Positions 19,382 through 29,470 of a stretch of 64,000 bases of DNA are shown piece after piece; positions within the stretch are counted from its first letter, which is position 1, and every line of letters begins with the position of its first letter. The notes under the pieces were generated by a model. That model was given only the letters and a program-made list of their open reading frames with translations. It was not told where the DNA came from and made no database searches. Location: IMG/VR virus record IMGVR_UViG_3300046471_000128, positions 32,001 to 96,000 of that record. One strand, written 5' to 3'. The DNA is from a virus. Made by a program: the position numbers and the translations under genes.

Positions 19382-19897
19382 TTACGGCGTCGGGGCGCCG
19401 CCAATACCGAACAGCTCCTTCGTGGCCGGGTCCGGGTAACCGGTGAAGGTCACGTCGAAGATCCGTTCCTTTTCGACTTCGTAGGCGAAGTTCATGCCGC
19501 CCGACGTCGCCGCCAAGGGAATCACGAAGTCTTCGCTGTAGTCGGTCGCGTCCTTGCCGATCGGGTGCAGGCGCAGCTCGCCCGCGATCGACAGCAAGTC
19601 CACGCCGATGCCCGAGGTCACGATCGCCTTCTTGTCGCTGCCCGTGCCCGTGATCGACGCGCCCGGCATCGTTGCCACCAGGTTGTCCAGCGTGGTTTCA
19701 GCCAACGGCACCTTCACCGACACGTCGCGGGACATGATGATTTCGTTGACGGTCGACTTGCCGAACTGGTCGATGTTGACCTTGTGGGTCTGCGTCGCCA
19801 CGGTCACCTGAACGCCACCTTGTGTGTAACCCAGGTCCACGCCCTTGTAGAAGACGGCGCACACGCCCAACTTCACGTTTTTTGTATCGCTTGCCAC
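19382..19897 (-). CDS. Major tail tube protein
   Basis: KNVKLGVC...DLGYTQGGV...VKVPLAETTLDNL; position before the chaperones. Confidence 0.8.
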   Translation of the reverse strand: MASDTKNVKLGVCAVFYKGVDLGYTQGGVQVTVATQTHKVNIDQFGKSTVNEIIMSRDVSVKVPLAETTLDNLVATMPGASITGTGSDKKAIVTSGIGVDLLSIAGELRLHPIGKDATDYSEDFVIPLAATSGGMNFAYEVEKERIFDVTFTGYPDPATKELFGIGGAPTP

Positions 19898-19952
19898 TCA
19901 AAACTCCTTTGCAAAGAGGTCAGCGGCTACAGTAAGTAACCGGTGCCTTATC

Positions 19953-20333
19953 TTACGGGAGGACGAACGCGCAGTCAATGTTCGCCACGAACTCCACCAT
20001 GCCAGCGGGCGGGATCGGGTAGCCCACCGGCAGCGTGCGCGGGCGCAGATACTTGATGAGCATCGGACCGACCTGCGACTCCAGCGTGATCGTGAGCACC
20101 TGCATGGCTGCGTCGATCTGCGCCTTGGTCGCGGTGTAGCCCTTGCCGCGCGCGACGAGCGCGAACTCGGCCTTGTAATAGCCCGGCAGCTCGTAGTTGA
20201 TCCGGGTGCCCTTGTAGCTCGCCTTGAGCAAAAGCCCGGCGTCGCCCGCGCGCATTTCGTTGATGAAAATCGTCTTGCCCTTCACGCCACAGCCATTCTG
20301 CTCGAGGAGCGTGGCAATCGGTTCGAGATCCAT
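19953..20333 (-). CDS. Tail terminator / minor structural protein
   Basis: Position and size immediately upstream of the major tail gene. Confidence 0.65.
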   Translation of the reverse strand: MDLEPIATLLEQNGCGVKGKTIFINEMRAGDAGLLLKASYKGTRINYELPGYYKAEFALVARGKGYTATKAQIDAAMQVLTITLESQVGPMLIKYLRPRTLPVGYPIPPAGMVEFVANIDCAFVLP

Positions 20334-20792
20334 TTACGTCGACTCCTTCACAATCTGTTTCACACGCTTGCCCATTTCACCGATCCGGGTGTTCATTGCG
20401 CGCTCCATGAACTTGCCGCCCACCTTGCCCGAGCCGCCGTCTTTCGCGATCGACCCTTCGTCGAGGTTGAAGGCGCCCGTGCCGTAGGGTGCGAGCGCCT
20501 CGTGCATGACCCGCGCGTATTCGACCACCGGCTTGCCTTCCTTGTCGATGGCGCTCGGGTCCACCTGCACGGTCACCTGCACGCGGTTGTTGATGCCGCC
20601 GCGGTCCTCGACCACCTGGATCGCCTCTTCGAGATCGCCGTCCTTGTAAGGCGCGTTCTCGCGCGCGAGCCCGGCGATCGTGTCGCCCTCCTCCCGCATC
20701 ACGCCCAGAATGCGGCGCGCGGCGACGTCGCCCATCCGGTTGACCTTCAGCGCGAGCAGCTCCGGGTTGAAGTTGTTCTTGACTAGACCCAC
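20334..20792 (-). CDS. HK97 gp10-like neck / tail-completion protein
   Basis: ARENAPYKDGDLEEAI..EYARVMHE..GKFMERA; probable GTG start at 20792. Confidence 0.75.
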   Translation of the reverse strand: MGLVKNNFNPELLALKVNRMGDVAARRILGVMREEGDTIAGLARENAPYKDGDLEEAIQVVEDRGGINNRVQVTVQVDPSAIDKEGKPVVEYARVMHEALAPYGTGAFNLDEGSIAKDGGSGKVGGKFMERAMNTRIGEMGKRVKQIVKEST

Positions 20793-21127
20793 GGCGAACC
20801 CCCGACGAGATAGTGATCGAGGACGCCCGACGTGTTGAACTGTGGCGTGATCGCAACGATGCGCAGTTCGATCCCCGCCACCGTCAGCTTGTCGCCGAGC
20901 TTCGCCGCGCTTTTGGCGGTCAGCATCAGCTCCGCGGTGATCGCGAGATCCTCGGCGTGCGTCTGCGAGCCGGAGAGTTGCGCGCGCGAGTTGGTCGCCT
21001 GGGCGGCCGACTTCAACTCGACGATGGAGCACCCCTCGCGAACTGGCATACCCGGCTGATCCTCGCCGTAAAGGTTGCGCCCGGTGTTGGGCGCGATCCA
21101 GCAGAACATGTTGGGCTTGAACATCAC
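20783..21127 (-). CDS. Head closure / head-tail adaptor protein
   Basis: Size, position, NLYGE and LDHYLV motifs. Confidence 0.65.
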   Translation of the reverse strand: MMFKPNMFCWIAPNTGRNLYGEDQPGMPVREGCSIVELKSAAQATNSRAQLSGSQTHAEDLAITAELMLTAKSAAKLGDKLTVAGIELRIVAITPQFNTSGVLDHYLVGGSPWV

Positions 21128-21862
21128 TTACTCCGGTCGCACGAGCGTCGCGCTCGAGTTCGGGTGGAACACCTCGTCGCGCAGCGACAGGTAAGACGGG
21201 TGCGCGTCGCCCGTGAGCGATACCCGCTGCCCGTGGCCCTCGTGCGCGGGGTCCGGGTAACGCACCTCAAGCGTGGTCACACCCTCTGCTGCGGCGGCGC
21301 GCACCACCGCGTCGGCGTAGAGGCCCTGCAGCGCGCCCTTGACGGTCGCCGCGGCGAACACCGACGCCTTCCACTTGCGGCCGGCCACGTCAAACTGATG
21401 GTAGCTGATCGGCTCGCGCGTCTCGGCGATGCGGGCCGCCTCCACCGCGGCGCTGTAGCGGCGGCGCGAGGTCTGCATCAGCATGTCCACACGCAGCGAA
21501 AAGTCGCGCAGGCGCTTGACGGCCGTGATTACGTCCCGGTGCATGGCCGCGGCGAGCGTGCCGAGTGCGGCGGCCCGCTGGGCGTGCGCGTCGTTCATCA
21601 GGAGCTCGCCCAACGCGTCGCTGGCAGCGGGCGCGGCGTTCGCGAGCAGGTCGACGATGGCCGAGTCCATCAGGCCCGCGATCGTCGTGAGCACGTTGCC
21701 TTGCAGCTGCATCATCGCGGCGGTGGTCTGCGCGCGGGCGTGCGGGCCGGTCGGGCCGCGCCCGGACATGGCGTCGGCCGTCATCGCGGTGAGTGCGAGC
21801 AGGAAGGCGCGGTAGTGCGCCTCGACGGCCTGGCCGACCGTATCGATCAGGTGGTTTTTCAT
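21128..21862 (-). CDS. Putative minor head protein
   Basis: DVAGRKWK and FHPNS motifs resemble minor capsid / head morphogenesis proteins. Confidence 0.55.
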   Translation of the reverse strand: MKNHLIDTVGQAVEAHYRAFLLALTAMTADAMSGRGPTGPHARAQTTAAMMQLQGNVLTTIAGLMDSAIVDLLANAAPAASDALGELLMNDAHAQRAAALGTLAAAMHRDVITAVKRLRDFSLRVDMLMQTSRRRYSAAVEAARIAETREPISYHQFDVAGRKWKASVFAAATVKGALQGLYADAVVRAAAAEGVTTLEVRYPDPAHEGHGQRVSLTGDAHPSYLSLRDEVFHPNSSATLVRPE

Positions 21863-22647
21863 GTGCGGGAAAGCCGAATGCGTTTGACGACGTAGCGGCC
21901 GAGCTCGTGCATGGCGCGTGCGCAGATCAGCTGGCGTGCCGGGCGCACCTGGCCGAACATGGTGGTCGAGCCGCCGACGGTTTCGGAGACGATGCCCTGC
22001 GCGCGCTTGGCGAGCACCGGGTCACCGCCGAGCAGGTCGTCCGCCTCCATGATCTGGGCGCGCTCGACCGCCTGGCGAAAGTCGATCGGCAGCGTCAGGT
22101 ATTGCGCCTGAGTCATCTGGATGATCGAGTAGAGGCCGAACTCGGGCTGGATGTAGTTCTGCCAGTCCTGCGACCAGCGGTAGCGGTAGGACATCTGGCC
22201 GATGTTCAGCCGCGCCTGGATGAGTGCGGCGACCCGCTCGTCACGCGAGGCGTTGCCCCACGACGGCAGATTCGGGATGTCGAGCGCGATGAGCTCGGCC
22301 TTGTTGATGGTCTGGAATGAGTTGGTGCCGGGCACGAGCGGCTCGCTCGCCTCGATCACGTAGTTCTGGATCAGCAGGCGCGAGCCCGCGTCCGTCTTTG
22401 CCAGCACTTCGACCGTGCGCAGCGCGCGCATCGAACCGGCAGGCAGCGCGTTTTCACCGGCCCCCACCAGGATCGACACGGGGGCGCCGCCCGGGTCCAG
22501 CCACGGCACCGGAATCGTGTCGATCAGCACGGTGCCGTCTTCGTCGAGCACGCGGTAGCTCGCCGAGGATGGCGTGAACGCGTTGCCCGAACTGTCCACG
22601 AACGGGATCGTCACGGTGACGTCTGCCCCGGCGAGATACTTTTCCAT
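21859..22647 (-). CDS. Head-tail connector protein
   Basis: VPGTNSF, AALIQA, ERAQIMEA and SETVG motifs in the head-completion region. Confidence 0.65.
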   Translation of the reverse strand: MEKYLAGADVTVTIPFVDSSGNAFTPSSASYRVLDEDGTVLIDTIPVPWLDPGGAPVSILVGAGENALPAGSMRALRTVEVLAKTDAGSRLLIQNYVIEASEPLVPGTNSFQTINKAELIALDIPNLPSWGNASRDERVAALIQARLNIGQMSYRYRWSQDWQNYIQPEFGLYSIIQMTQAQYLTLPIDFRQAVERAQIMEADDLLGGDPVLAKRAQGIVSETVGGSTTMFGQVRPARQLICARAMHELGRYVVKRIRLSRT

Positions 22648-22650
22648 GCT

Positions 22651-23097
22651 TTACTCCGCAGCTTGCGTGGTGACGGCAGCCTCGGCAGGCGCAGCGGGTG
22701 CGACCGGTGCGACTTCAACCGGCGCCTGGGCAGCGAGGATCAACGCGATCAGGTCAGCGATGCCGCTTGCCTTTACGCCCAGCGGGTCGCCCACCACGCG
22801 CAGCGCCTTGATGCCACCCGTGCCGGCGATCTCTTCGAGCTCATCCTGCGTATAGGCGGCGCGCGGGGCCGGCGCGGGTTCTTCACCTTGCACCTGCATT
22901 GGCGTGCACTTGCTGTCGAGGTCCTGCTGTGAGGCGCTCGGGTTCGTGCCGTCGAGCTGCTCGATCTGCACGATGTTCGCAAGGCGCGACGCCTCGCGCG
23001 GCAGCACATCGGCGATCGATGTGCCGTCAGCGAACTCGACGCCGCCGAAGTTGCCCGTGTAGGTTTCCCAGCCGGCCTGAATCATTCGAATCTTCAT
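22651..23097 (-). CDS. Hypothetical virion-associated protein
   Basis: Directly after the capsid gene; YTGNFGGVEFADG N-terminus. Confidence 0.65.
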   Translation of the reverse strand: MKIRMIQAGWETYTGNFGGVEFADGTSIADVLPREASRLANIVQIEQLDGTNPSASQQDLDSKCTPMQVQGEEPAPAPRAAYTQDELEEIAGTGGIKALRVVGDPLGVKASGIADLIALILAAQAPVEVAPVAPAAPAEAAVTTQAAE

Positions 23098-23112
23098 ATC
23101 GTTCTCTCATGG

Positions 23113-23143
23113 AAAAAGGGCATGAACCGAAGTCCATGCCCTT
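23113..23143 (-). terminator. Intrinsic terminator after the major capsid gene
   Basis: AAGGGCATG/CATGCCCTT stem, CTTCGG in loop, U-run on minus strand. Confidence 0.7.
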
Positions 23144-23185
23144 CATTTTAAAGCAGAATAAGTCACGGATGACTTATTGTCCGCC

Positions 23186-24088
23186 TTAAACGTTGGTGAT
23201 GCCGCGCAGACGTGCCAGCGAGCGCGTGGACTTCAGCGCCGAGCCGCAATACCACTTCACGCGGATACGGTCGGCGTCCTTGTTCTGGACCGTGCCGATG
23301 TCTTCCACGCGGATGCCCGCGTCCTTGCCGCCCCACAGACCGTGGAAGCCGTCGAGCTCGTTCAGGCGAACCGCGTAGACCGAGCACGTATTCAGATTCG
23401 TGCCCATGTCTTCGTCACCTGCGAGCCAGTCGTTGCGCAGAATCGGAATCCCGTTGTGGCCGAGCACTGCCTGGCCGAAGTTGGGGATCTCGATCATCGC
23501 CGGCTGGATGCCGCCGGTTGCATACAGCAACGAGCGATATGCGCGAATCGTGCCCGCGCGCATCACGAACGCGTCAGCGCCGTTGATCACCGCGTCGGCC
23601 AGTTGGTCGAGCATGTTCAGCGTGAGCGCTGAACCGTTCACACCCGCGTCGAGCGTCATCGGGGCCGACACCAGCTGCGGCAGGCCGTCGAATTCCTTCG
23701 TGTTCACGGAGCTGTTGCCCTGTGCGATGGTCTTCTTGAACTTGCGTGCGACTGCCTTGGCCTTCAGACCGATCTGCGTTGCGCGCTGATCGTTCGTGTC
23801 CGACTCGGTTTCTTGCAGGAACTTGTCGACGTCCACGTCACCCGCGAGGATGCGCAGCTTCGACACGACTTCCGTGAACGTGCCGGCCGATTCGTTCACC
23901 GTGTCGTTCGGCGACAGGAAGTCGGCGTCCGGCAGGGTGTTTTCACGGTCATACACATACGCTTTGCCGTTGATACCCACGAACGGCAGAAGGGCGAAGA
24001 GCTCATCCTTTTCGATGATTTCCTCGATGACGCCGGCGACCAGCTGGTTATTACTCAGCTTGTCCGCTTCGACTTGCAGCAATGGCAT
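23186..24088 (-). CDS. Major capsid protein
   Basis: LVAGVIEEII..LPFVGING..ILAGDVDVDKF..EFDGL..RVKWYCG..LARLRGI. Confidence 0.9.
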   Translation of the reverse strand: MPLLQVEADKLSNNQLVAGVIEEIIEKDELFALLPFVGINGKAYVYDRENTLPDADFLSPNDTVNESAGTFTEVVSKLRILAGDVDVDKFLQETESDTNDQRATQIGLKAKAVARKFKKTIAQGNSSVNTKEFDGLPQLVSAPMTLDAGVNGSALTLNMLDQLADAVINGADAFVMRAGTIRAYRSLLYATGGIQPAMIEIPNFGQAVLGHNGIPILRNDWLAGDEDMGTNLNTCSVYAVRLNELDGFHGLWGGKDAGIRVEDIGTVQNKDADRIRVKWYCGSALKSTRSLARLRGITNV

Positions 24089-24173
24089 GGCTTTTTCCTT
24101 TCGAAAGAATCGGGATATAGTAACCCGTCACTTACTTTATCAGGAAGGTGACGGGTTTACAAGCAAAACAGCC

Positions 24174-25058
24174 TTACTTCAGGCCCGCCTTAGCCAGCCC
24201 TGCGGCGATCTTCGAGCGACCCGTGCCGACGGTTGCCGAGTTGGGCTTCGCGCCCGGCACCGAGGCCGCGTTCGTGATCGAACCGGCGCCCGCTTTGAGC
24301 TTCGACTTGCGCAGGGTGTCCTTGTCCGGGTCCAGCTCGACCAGCTTCTCGATCGCGGCTTCGAACGCGAGCGGCTCGCCCTTGCTATCGACCAGCACGT
24401 TGCGGTCTTTCGAACCCGCAGGCTTGTCGAACGCGACGACCCCACCGTCCTTGAACTCGAAGTGGCTACCGTAGACCCGGCGGGCCTTAGCAACAGAGAG
24501 AGTGAGCTCCTCGGCGATGAACTTGGAGGTGCCAAAGGCGTTGCCCACCGTCAGTTCTGCGATCTGCGAAGCCAGCTCGACTACACGCTGCTCGGCGGCG
24601 CTCTTGCCGTCGCGTTCAGCCTGCAGTTCCTTGCCGTGTTGCTCGACCATCTGGGCCTTCAACGAGTCCCATTGGCCCTTCGCTTCCAGCTGCGCGATTT
24701 CGGCGTCTTTCTTTGCCTGCACCAGCGCTCGCAGTTCCTTCGGGTCCAGACCATCGAATTCCTTCAGGCGAGCATTCGCTTGCTCGAGCTGAGTGGCGGT
24801 GGCCCTGAGCTTGTCCTTCTTATCCATCACTTCGCGCAGCAACGCGGCCTCTTCGTCGCTCGGCTTCTTGCCGCGAACACGCTCGGCCTCGGCGCGTTCA
24901 GCTTCAGCGCGCTCAGCCTCCTTGGCTGCCGCCGCAAGTTTCGCCGCTTCGTCGTCACCGCCCGACGCGCCGCCTACGCCACCGCCACCAGAGCCGCCTT
25001 CGCCCTCGGGTGCCATGTAGCCGCCGCGCATCATCAAATGCATCAGGAACTTGTTCAT
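24174..25058 (-). CDS. Capsid scaffolding protein
   Basis: Coiled-coil, charged; between portal and capsid; C-terminal KIAAGLAK. Confidence 0.8.
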   Translation of the reverse strand: MNKFLMHLMMRGGYMAPEGEGGSGGGGVGGASGGDDEAAKLAAAAKEAERAEAERAEAERVRGKKPSDEEAALLREVMDKKDKLRATATQLEQANARLKEFDGLDPKELRALVQAKKDAEIAQLEAKGQWDSLKAQMVEQHGKELQAERDGKSAAEQRVVELASQIAELTVGNAFGTSKFIAEELTLSVAKARRVYGSHFEFKDGGVVAFDKPAGSKDRNVLVDSKGEPLAFEAAIEKLVELDPDKDTLRKSKLKAGAGSITNAASVPGAKPNSATVGTGRSKIAAGLAKAGLK

Positions 25059-25134
25059 CTCTTTGCTGCCTTTACGTGTGAGCGTTCTCTCGCTCGGGTT
25101 GTGTCAGTGAGGCCGTTCACTTGGCCCGGTCGTG

Positions 25135-26700
25135 TTACGTGGACTTCAACATCTGATTCGCGACGGTTTTGCCACCCATCTTCTGAATCTCGGCGCTAGA
25201 CATAGGCGACTGTCCCGCGCCAGGTGCAGCCAGTGCGTCCACCGGCGGCCAGCTTTTCAACTCGCCTTTCATCTTCGTGATCAGGTCTTCCTTGAGCATC
25301 GGGAAGAGCTTGTCGATCACCGAGTCCATCTGCTGACGACGCACGCCCTCGGGCGCTTCAATCATCGCGAGGCGCGCGGCGATATCGAACTCGTCATACA
25401 GCCCGCGAACATCGAAGTTCTTCGGGTAGGCGACCATCTGCTTCGTCACGTCGGTGGCGGTCGCATCGGGCGCCGTGTCAATCGGCTGGCCGTTGTAGAG
25501 CGCGACCAGTTGACAGAGCTTGCGTTCGACCTGTTCCAGCGCGTCGGCCTTGGCCGCCAGCAACGAATTCACTCGCTCGAAGTCGTATGCCTTTGCCACG
25601 CCGGAGCTGTTGTCGATGCCCTGCGAGTTGTCTTCCTTGGTGCGCTCGCCGGCGAGGCCGATCGAGTGGTAAATCTCGTTGATGATCTTGGAGATCACCT
25701 TGACGATCAGGTCCGCCTGCTTGACGTCCGGACTGATGAACCCGGGTTTGTCGCCGCCCGAGGCGTCGTAGGTGAAAATCCGCTTGGTGCCCATCTCCAC
25801 CAGCTTGTCGTGCGCCTCGTCGCCGGCGGTGAGTGCCTGCGCGGGGATCACCAGCTGGCTGAAGGTCTGGTCCTGAATGATCGCGTCGAGGTTCGACAGG
25901 TAGTTCGCGACCGCGCGGTCCAGATACGCGGCGTCGGCGATCAGCGCGGGCGACGTGTAGGGGTCGTCGGAGATCACGTTGTCGGCGGCGAACACCGGCA
26001 CCACGCCCAGCCCGTGCACGATCGGATCGTTCACGACGATGGTCTTCTTGCCCTTCGAATCCACATCGACCTGGAACATCTGCGAGAAATCGCGCGTCCA
26101 CAGGCGGTAGCGGTCGATCAGCTTGCCGCTTGACTCCATCGGGTCGGCGTCATCGCGTGCCGTCTCGTAGATCAGAATCCACTGCAGCTTCGCCAGGTCG
26201 TCATAGCTCATGTCGAGCACATGCTGGGGCTTGACGATGTAGGCGTAGACGCGCGCGTCGGCGGCCTTCTCGTCGGCCTTGGTGGTGATGTCGGCGGTCT
26301 TCGTCGAATCGACCACGATCCACGGCCGGCCGTAGGTTGACGCTCGGTTGCTCACGCGCTTCATGAAGTCGTCGATGGGCGACTCATTGAGTGTGGCGCG
26401 CTTCCAGAAGCTCTTGATGCACTCGGGCGCGTCGTCGTTGCGCTTGATGTCGATCTTGAACACGTATTTGTCCAACAGATCGACCACTTCGCGCGTGTGA
26501 TTGAAGCGGTAGGCCCGCTGCAGCCGATGGCGATACTCCTGCTCGCCCTCTTTCACGTATTTGTGCAGGTTTTGCTTAAACCACGCCCGGCCACCCTCGT
26601 AAGTGGATTCCAGGAAGTCCCAATGCGCTTCCATCTCGGCAAACACCGGGTGGCGACGCTTGATGAACTGTTCGAGCTTCTTCTGCTGACTGAGTGCCAT
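25135..26700 (-). CDS. Portal protein
   Basis: About 520 aa directly after TerL; HGLGVVPV and SSGVAKAYDF motifs; ATG 26700 preferred. Confidence 0.88.
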   Translation of the reverse strand: MALSQQKKLEQFIKRRHPVFAEMEAHWDFLESTYEGGRAWFKQNLHKYVKEGEQEYRHRLQRAYRFNHTREVVDLLDKYVFKIDIKRNDDAPECIKSFWKRATLNESPIDDFMKRVSNRASTYGRPWIVVDSTKTADITTKADEKAADARVYAYIVKPQHVLDMSYDDLAKLQWILIYETARDDADPMESSGKLIDRYRLWTRDFSQMFQVDVDSKGKKTIVVNDPIVHGLGVVPVFAADNVISDDPYTSPALIADAAYLDRAVANYLSNLDAIIQDQTFSQLVIPAQALTAGDEAHDKLVEMGTKRIFTYDASGGDKPGFISPDVKQADLIVKVISKIINEIYHSIGLAGERTKEDNSQGIDNSSGVAKAYDFERVNSLLAAKADALEQVERKLCQLVALYNGQPIDTAPDATATDVTKQMVAYPKNFDVRGLYDEFDIAARLAMIEAPEGVRRQQMDSVIDKLFPMLKEDLITKMKGELKSWPPVDALAAPGAGQSPMSSAEIQKMGGKTVANQMLKST

Positions 26701-26754
26701 ATATGCCTGTGCGTGAAAAACAGGTGACAAAGTCACCTGTTACTTATTTTAAGA

Positions 26755-28041
26755 TCAAATGGATACGCCTGCAATCGTTACTTCGCGCACCGGGAACATG
26801 TATTGGATCGGGTAGCCGAGCGCATCGCCCATGTGATCCACGCCCATGCTCTTGTCGACCTCGCGGCCGCCCTCCTCATAAATCGTCTGTTCGAGCGCGC
26901 GGATCACCTCCTTGCACGGCTTGTTGACCTTCAGCTTGATCTTGCCGTCGGCCGCGCGCAGCATGCGGTTCACCGCGTTCACCCGGTCAGCCACTGGCGG
27001 GTGCTTCTTGTGATAGACGATGTGCTTGAAGCCCTTTTCCTTGAAGATGTCCAGGTCCGACTCGCCGCGTGCGTGCTGGCGATAGCCGCCGGCCGGGTCA
27101 GGGAAGATCGTCGTGCGCTTCATGAGCTTCCAGTAGAGGCGCTCGAGCTCGTTGCTGACCTCCTCGGTGTTCGAGGACTTGAGCGACAGCTCGTGCACCA
27201 CCCACACCTCGCCGTTTTCCTGCGGCTGCAAGATGCAGGAGCTCATCGGGTCGATGTTAAAGTCCTGCCCCACCCAGATCGGCAGGGCCGGATTGAACGG
27301 GAAGTCGCCAACGTGCGTCTTCCGGTCGAACGGGTAATAGACCCGGCCGCTCATCGTCTCGAACGAAGCCTCAAATTCCTGCTTGAACGACTTCTCGTCC
27401 ATGTCGGCGCGCGCAGCCTCGATTTCAGAGGCCGGGATGAACGGCGACGTGATGGTCGGGAACTGCCAGCTCTTCCAGCGGCCGAGGATCTGGTTCTTCG
27501 GGTCCTGCCCGAGCGCATACAGGTCGTAGAGGAAGTTGTAGGACTTCGGCGTGCCGATGAAGAGAGCGTGGCCGCCGGTTGACGCGAGCGTCGGGCGCAG
27601 CACCTTCTTCCAGGCTTCCGGGTTGATGTCCTGCACCTCGTCCATGACGAGAAAGTGCACGCCCACGCCGCGCAGCGAGTCAGGGTTGTCCGCGCCCTTC
27701 AGTTCGATCCGGGTGCCGTTGACCAGGATGATCGTGAGGGTCGTCTCGTTGACCTTTCGAATCCAGCGCTTTGGGATCGACGCGAGCAGGTCCGGCCACA
27801 TGATCTGCTTTGCCATCCGGTAAGACGGCGCCACATACCACACGAGGCGCTTGGGCACTTTCGCGTATTTGATGAGCGAGACTTTGGCGAGGACCGTTTT
27901 GCCCCAGCGTCGCCCCGCCACGACCACGCGAAAGCGGTGCGGCGAGCGAAACACCTCCATCTGCTTCGGATGGAGGAAAATCGTCTGCAACTCACTCGCG
28001 ATCGCCGAGATGGTCGGCAGTCCGGGCTCACGCAGGCGCAT
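26755..28041 (-). CDS. terL: Terminase large subunit
   Basis: Walker A VAGRRWGKT, Walker B LVMDE, FIGTP, nuclease GQDFN and DHMGDA. Confidence 0.95.
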   Translation of the reverse strand: MRLREPGLPTISAIASELQTIFLHPKQMEVFRSPHRFRVVVAGRRWGKTVLAKVSLIKYAKVPKRLVWYVAPSYRMAKQIMWPDLLASIPKRWIRKVNETTLTIILVNGTRIELKGADNPDSLRGVGVHFLVMDEVQDINPEAWKKVLRPTLASTGGHALFIGTPKSYNFLYDLYALGQDPKNQILGRWKSWQFPTITSPFIPASEIEAARADMDEKSFKQEFEASFETMSGRVYYPFDRKTHVGDFPFNPALPIWVGQDFNIDPMSSCILQPQENGEVWVVHELSLKSSNTEEVSNELERLYWKLMKRTTIFPDPAGGYRQHARGESDLDIFKEKGFKHIVYHKKHPPVADRVNAVNRMLRAADGKIKLKVNKPCKEVIRALEQTIYEEGGREVDKSMGVDHMGDALGYPIQYMFPVREVTIAGVSI

Positions 28042-28696
28042 CGTCGTCCTCGTCGTCGAGGCTGCCCTCACCCGGGCCCGGCAGCGCCGCCATCACCTCC
28101 GCGTCGCCCATGTCGAGGCCGGAGTCTTCCTGACGCTGCTGCATCTCGAGGATCTGGTCCGCGGTCATCTCCTGGATGCCCAGCTCCGGAAGCTCGTCTT
28201 CGTCGTTCTTCTCGCCGTCGGCGATGCCCAGCAGGATGAAGCGCTCCTCGCGCAGCGTGGAGAGCGCCTCGGCCGCGAGCTTGAGCGTCTTGATCTCGTT
28301 CTGGACGGTGGCGAACGGGCGCTTGGTCTGCTGCGCCTCGAGCAACTGCTTCTGGATCAGCCCCGCGATCACCTTCGCCGCGTTGTAATGCGACTCCTTC
28401 GTCTCGCGAATCCGCCCGGCAATCACGCCCGCGTCGCCCGTGAGTTGCTGGTGCACCTGCTGTTGAACCGCGGCATGCACTTGGGCGCGTTTAGAGCCCT
28501 TCTCAGCGCCCGCCTTCGCGAACATGAAGCTCAGCGCGCGCGGGGTGCGGTGGAAGCGCTTGGAGAGGTCGTCAAGCGTCACCTCGCCCGATTCCCAGAG
28601 CGCGATGATCTCCGCCTTCTGCTTCTCGGTGAGCGACTTGCTGCCGACCGTGCGACCCCCGCCTTTCTTCGGGGGCGTCTTCGTCTGTTCCGTCAC
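28028..28696 (-). CDS. terS: Terminase small subunit
   Basis: N-terminal HTH (LTEKQKAEIIALWESG..TLDDLSKRF); overlaps the TerL start. Confidence 0.7.
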   Translation of the reverse strand: MTEQTKTPPKKGGGRTVGSKSLTEKQKAEIIALWESGEVTLDDLSKRFHRTPRALSFMFAKAGAEKGSKRAQVHAAVQQQVHQQLTGDAGVIAGRIRETKESHYNAAKVIAGLIQKQLLEAQQTKRPFATVQNEIKTLKLAAEALSTLREERFILLGIADGEKNDEDELPELGIQEMTADQILEMQQRQEDSGLDMGDAEVMAALPGPGEGSLDDEDDDAPA

Positions 28697-28710
28697 GATT
28701 CGATTCCCGC

Positions 28711-28743
28711 AAAAAAAATGGGGCAGCCGTGTCGGTCTGCCCC
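28711..28743 (-). terminator. Intrinsic terminator immediately upstream of terS
   Basis: GGGGCAG/CTGCCCC stem followed by T8 on the minus strand. Confidence 0.6.
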
Positions 28744-28902
28744 TTGGAGGTGTTGCTTGAGGAGCAAACTATAACCCGGCCGCAGCCTTGTGTAAATAAC
28801 CCATAACTTATTTTGTGGGCCAGTCTTTCCCACCCGCGTCCTGCTACTCATGCTTCATCGTCCTTTTCCCGAGCCGGGGTCTACCTGACAGAAACCTTAC
28901 TT

Positions 28903-29004
28903 ACTTATCACTTTTTGGGGGTTCCCATAGTTTTTAAAATGTAATTAGTAGTTGTTTTTAAAAAAGGGGATATATATAGAGGGAACCCCCAAAAAGTGAT
29001 AAGT
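28903..29004. repeat. Perfect 24-bp inverted repeat around a 54-bp AT-rich spacer
   Basis: ACTTATCACTTTTTGGGGGTTCCC (28903-28926) and GGGAACCCCCAAAAAGTGATAAGT (28981-29004). Confidence 0.9.
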
Positions 29005-29032
29005 GGTAAAAACTACAAAATTTGCTTACTTT

Positions 29033-29470
29033 TTAATCAAAAACGATCTCTTCGAGAGAAATCTCCGGCTCGGGAAAAGAAAGCTCCGGGAGAGAAACCA
29101 GCTGCGGCTCGGGTAAGTTATGGCTTAGTTCCTGAGCCTCGACTTCCACAGTGACCTGCGGCTCGGGAAGAATTTCGGCCGAACCCACCGCGGCTCCCGG
29201 ACCCGGTGCCGGCCGACCGGTGCCGCCGACCACGGCCCGTCCGAGATCCGTCGGCCGAACCAGACGTCGCAGGCGGCCGCGCCGGTGCTCGGCGAAGCTG
29301 CGGTCGATCAGACCGTGCCGCTCGATCGCGCGCAGGCTGAACTGCAGGCTCTCCTTGGTCGTCTTGTAGGTGAGGCGCTCAAGAAGCTGGTCGAGGTCAA
29401 CCGCGGCGCCCTCAGAGGCCCCGGCGACGACCACCTTCATGATCTCGATCTGCTTGATGGTCAGATTCAT
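29033..29470 (-). CDS. Winged-helix DNA-binding protein with acidic PEP-repeat tail
   Basis: LTIKQIEIM..DLDQLLERL..SLQFSLRAIERHGLIDR..PTDLGRAVV wHTH pattern. Confidence 0.75.
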   Translation of the reverse strand: MNLTIKQIEIMKVVVAGASEGAAVDLDQLLERLTYKTTKESLQFSLRAIERHGLIDRSFAEHRRGRLRRLVRPTDLGRAVVGGTGRPAPGPGAAVGSAEILPEPQVTVEVEAQELSHNLPEPQLVSLPELSFPEPEISLEEIVFD

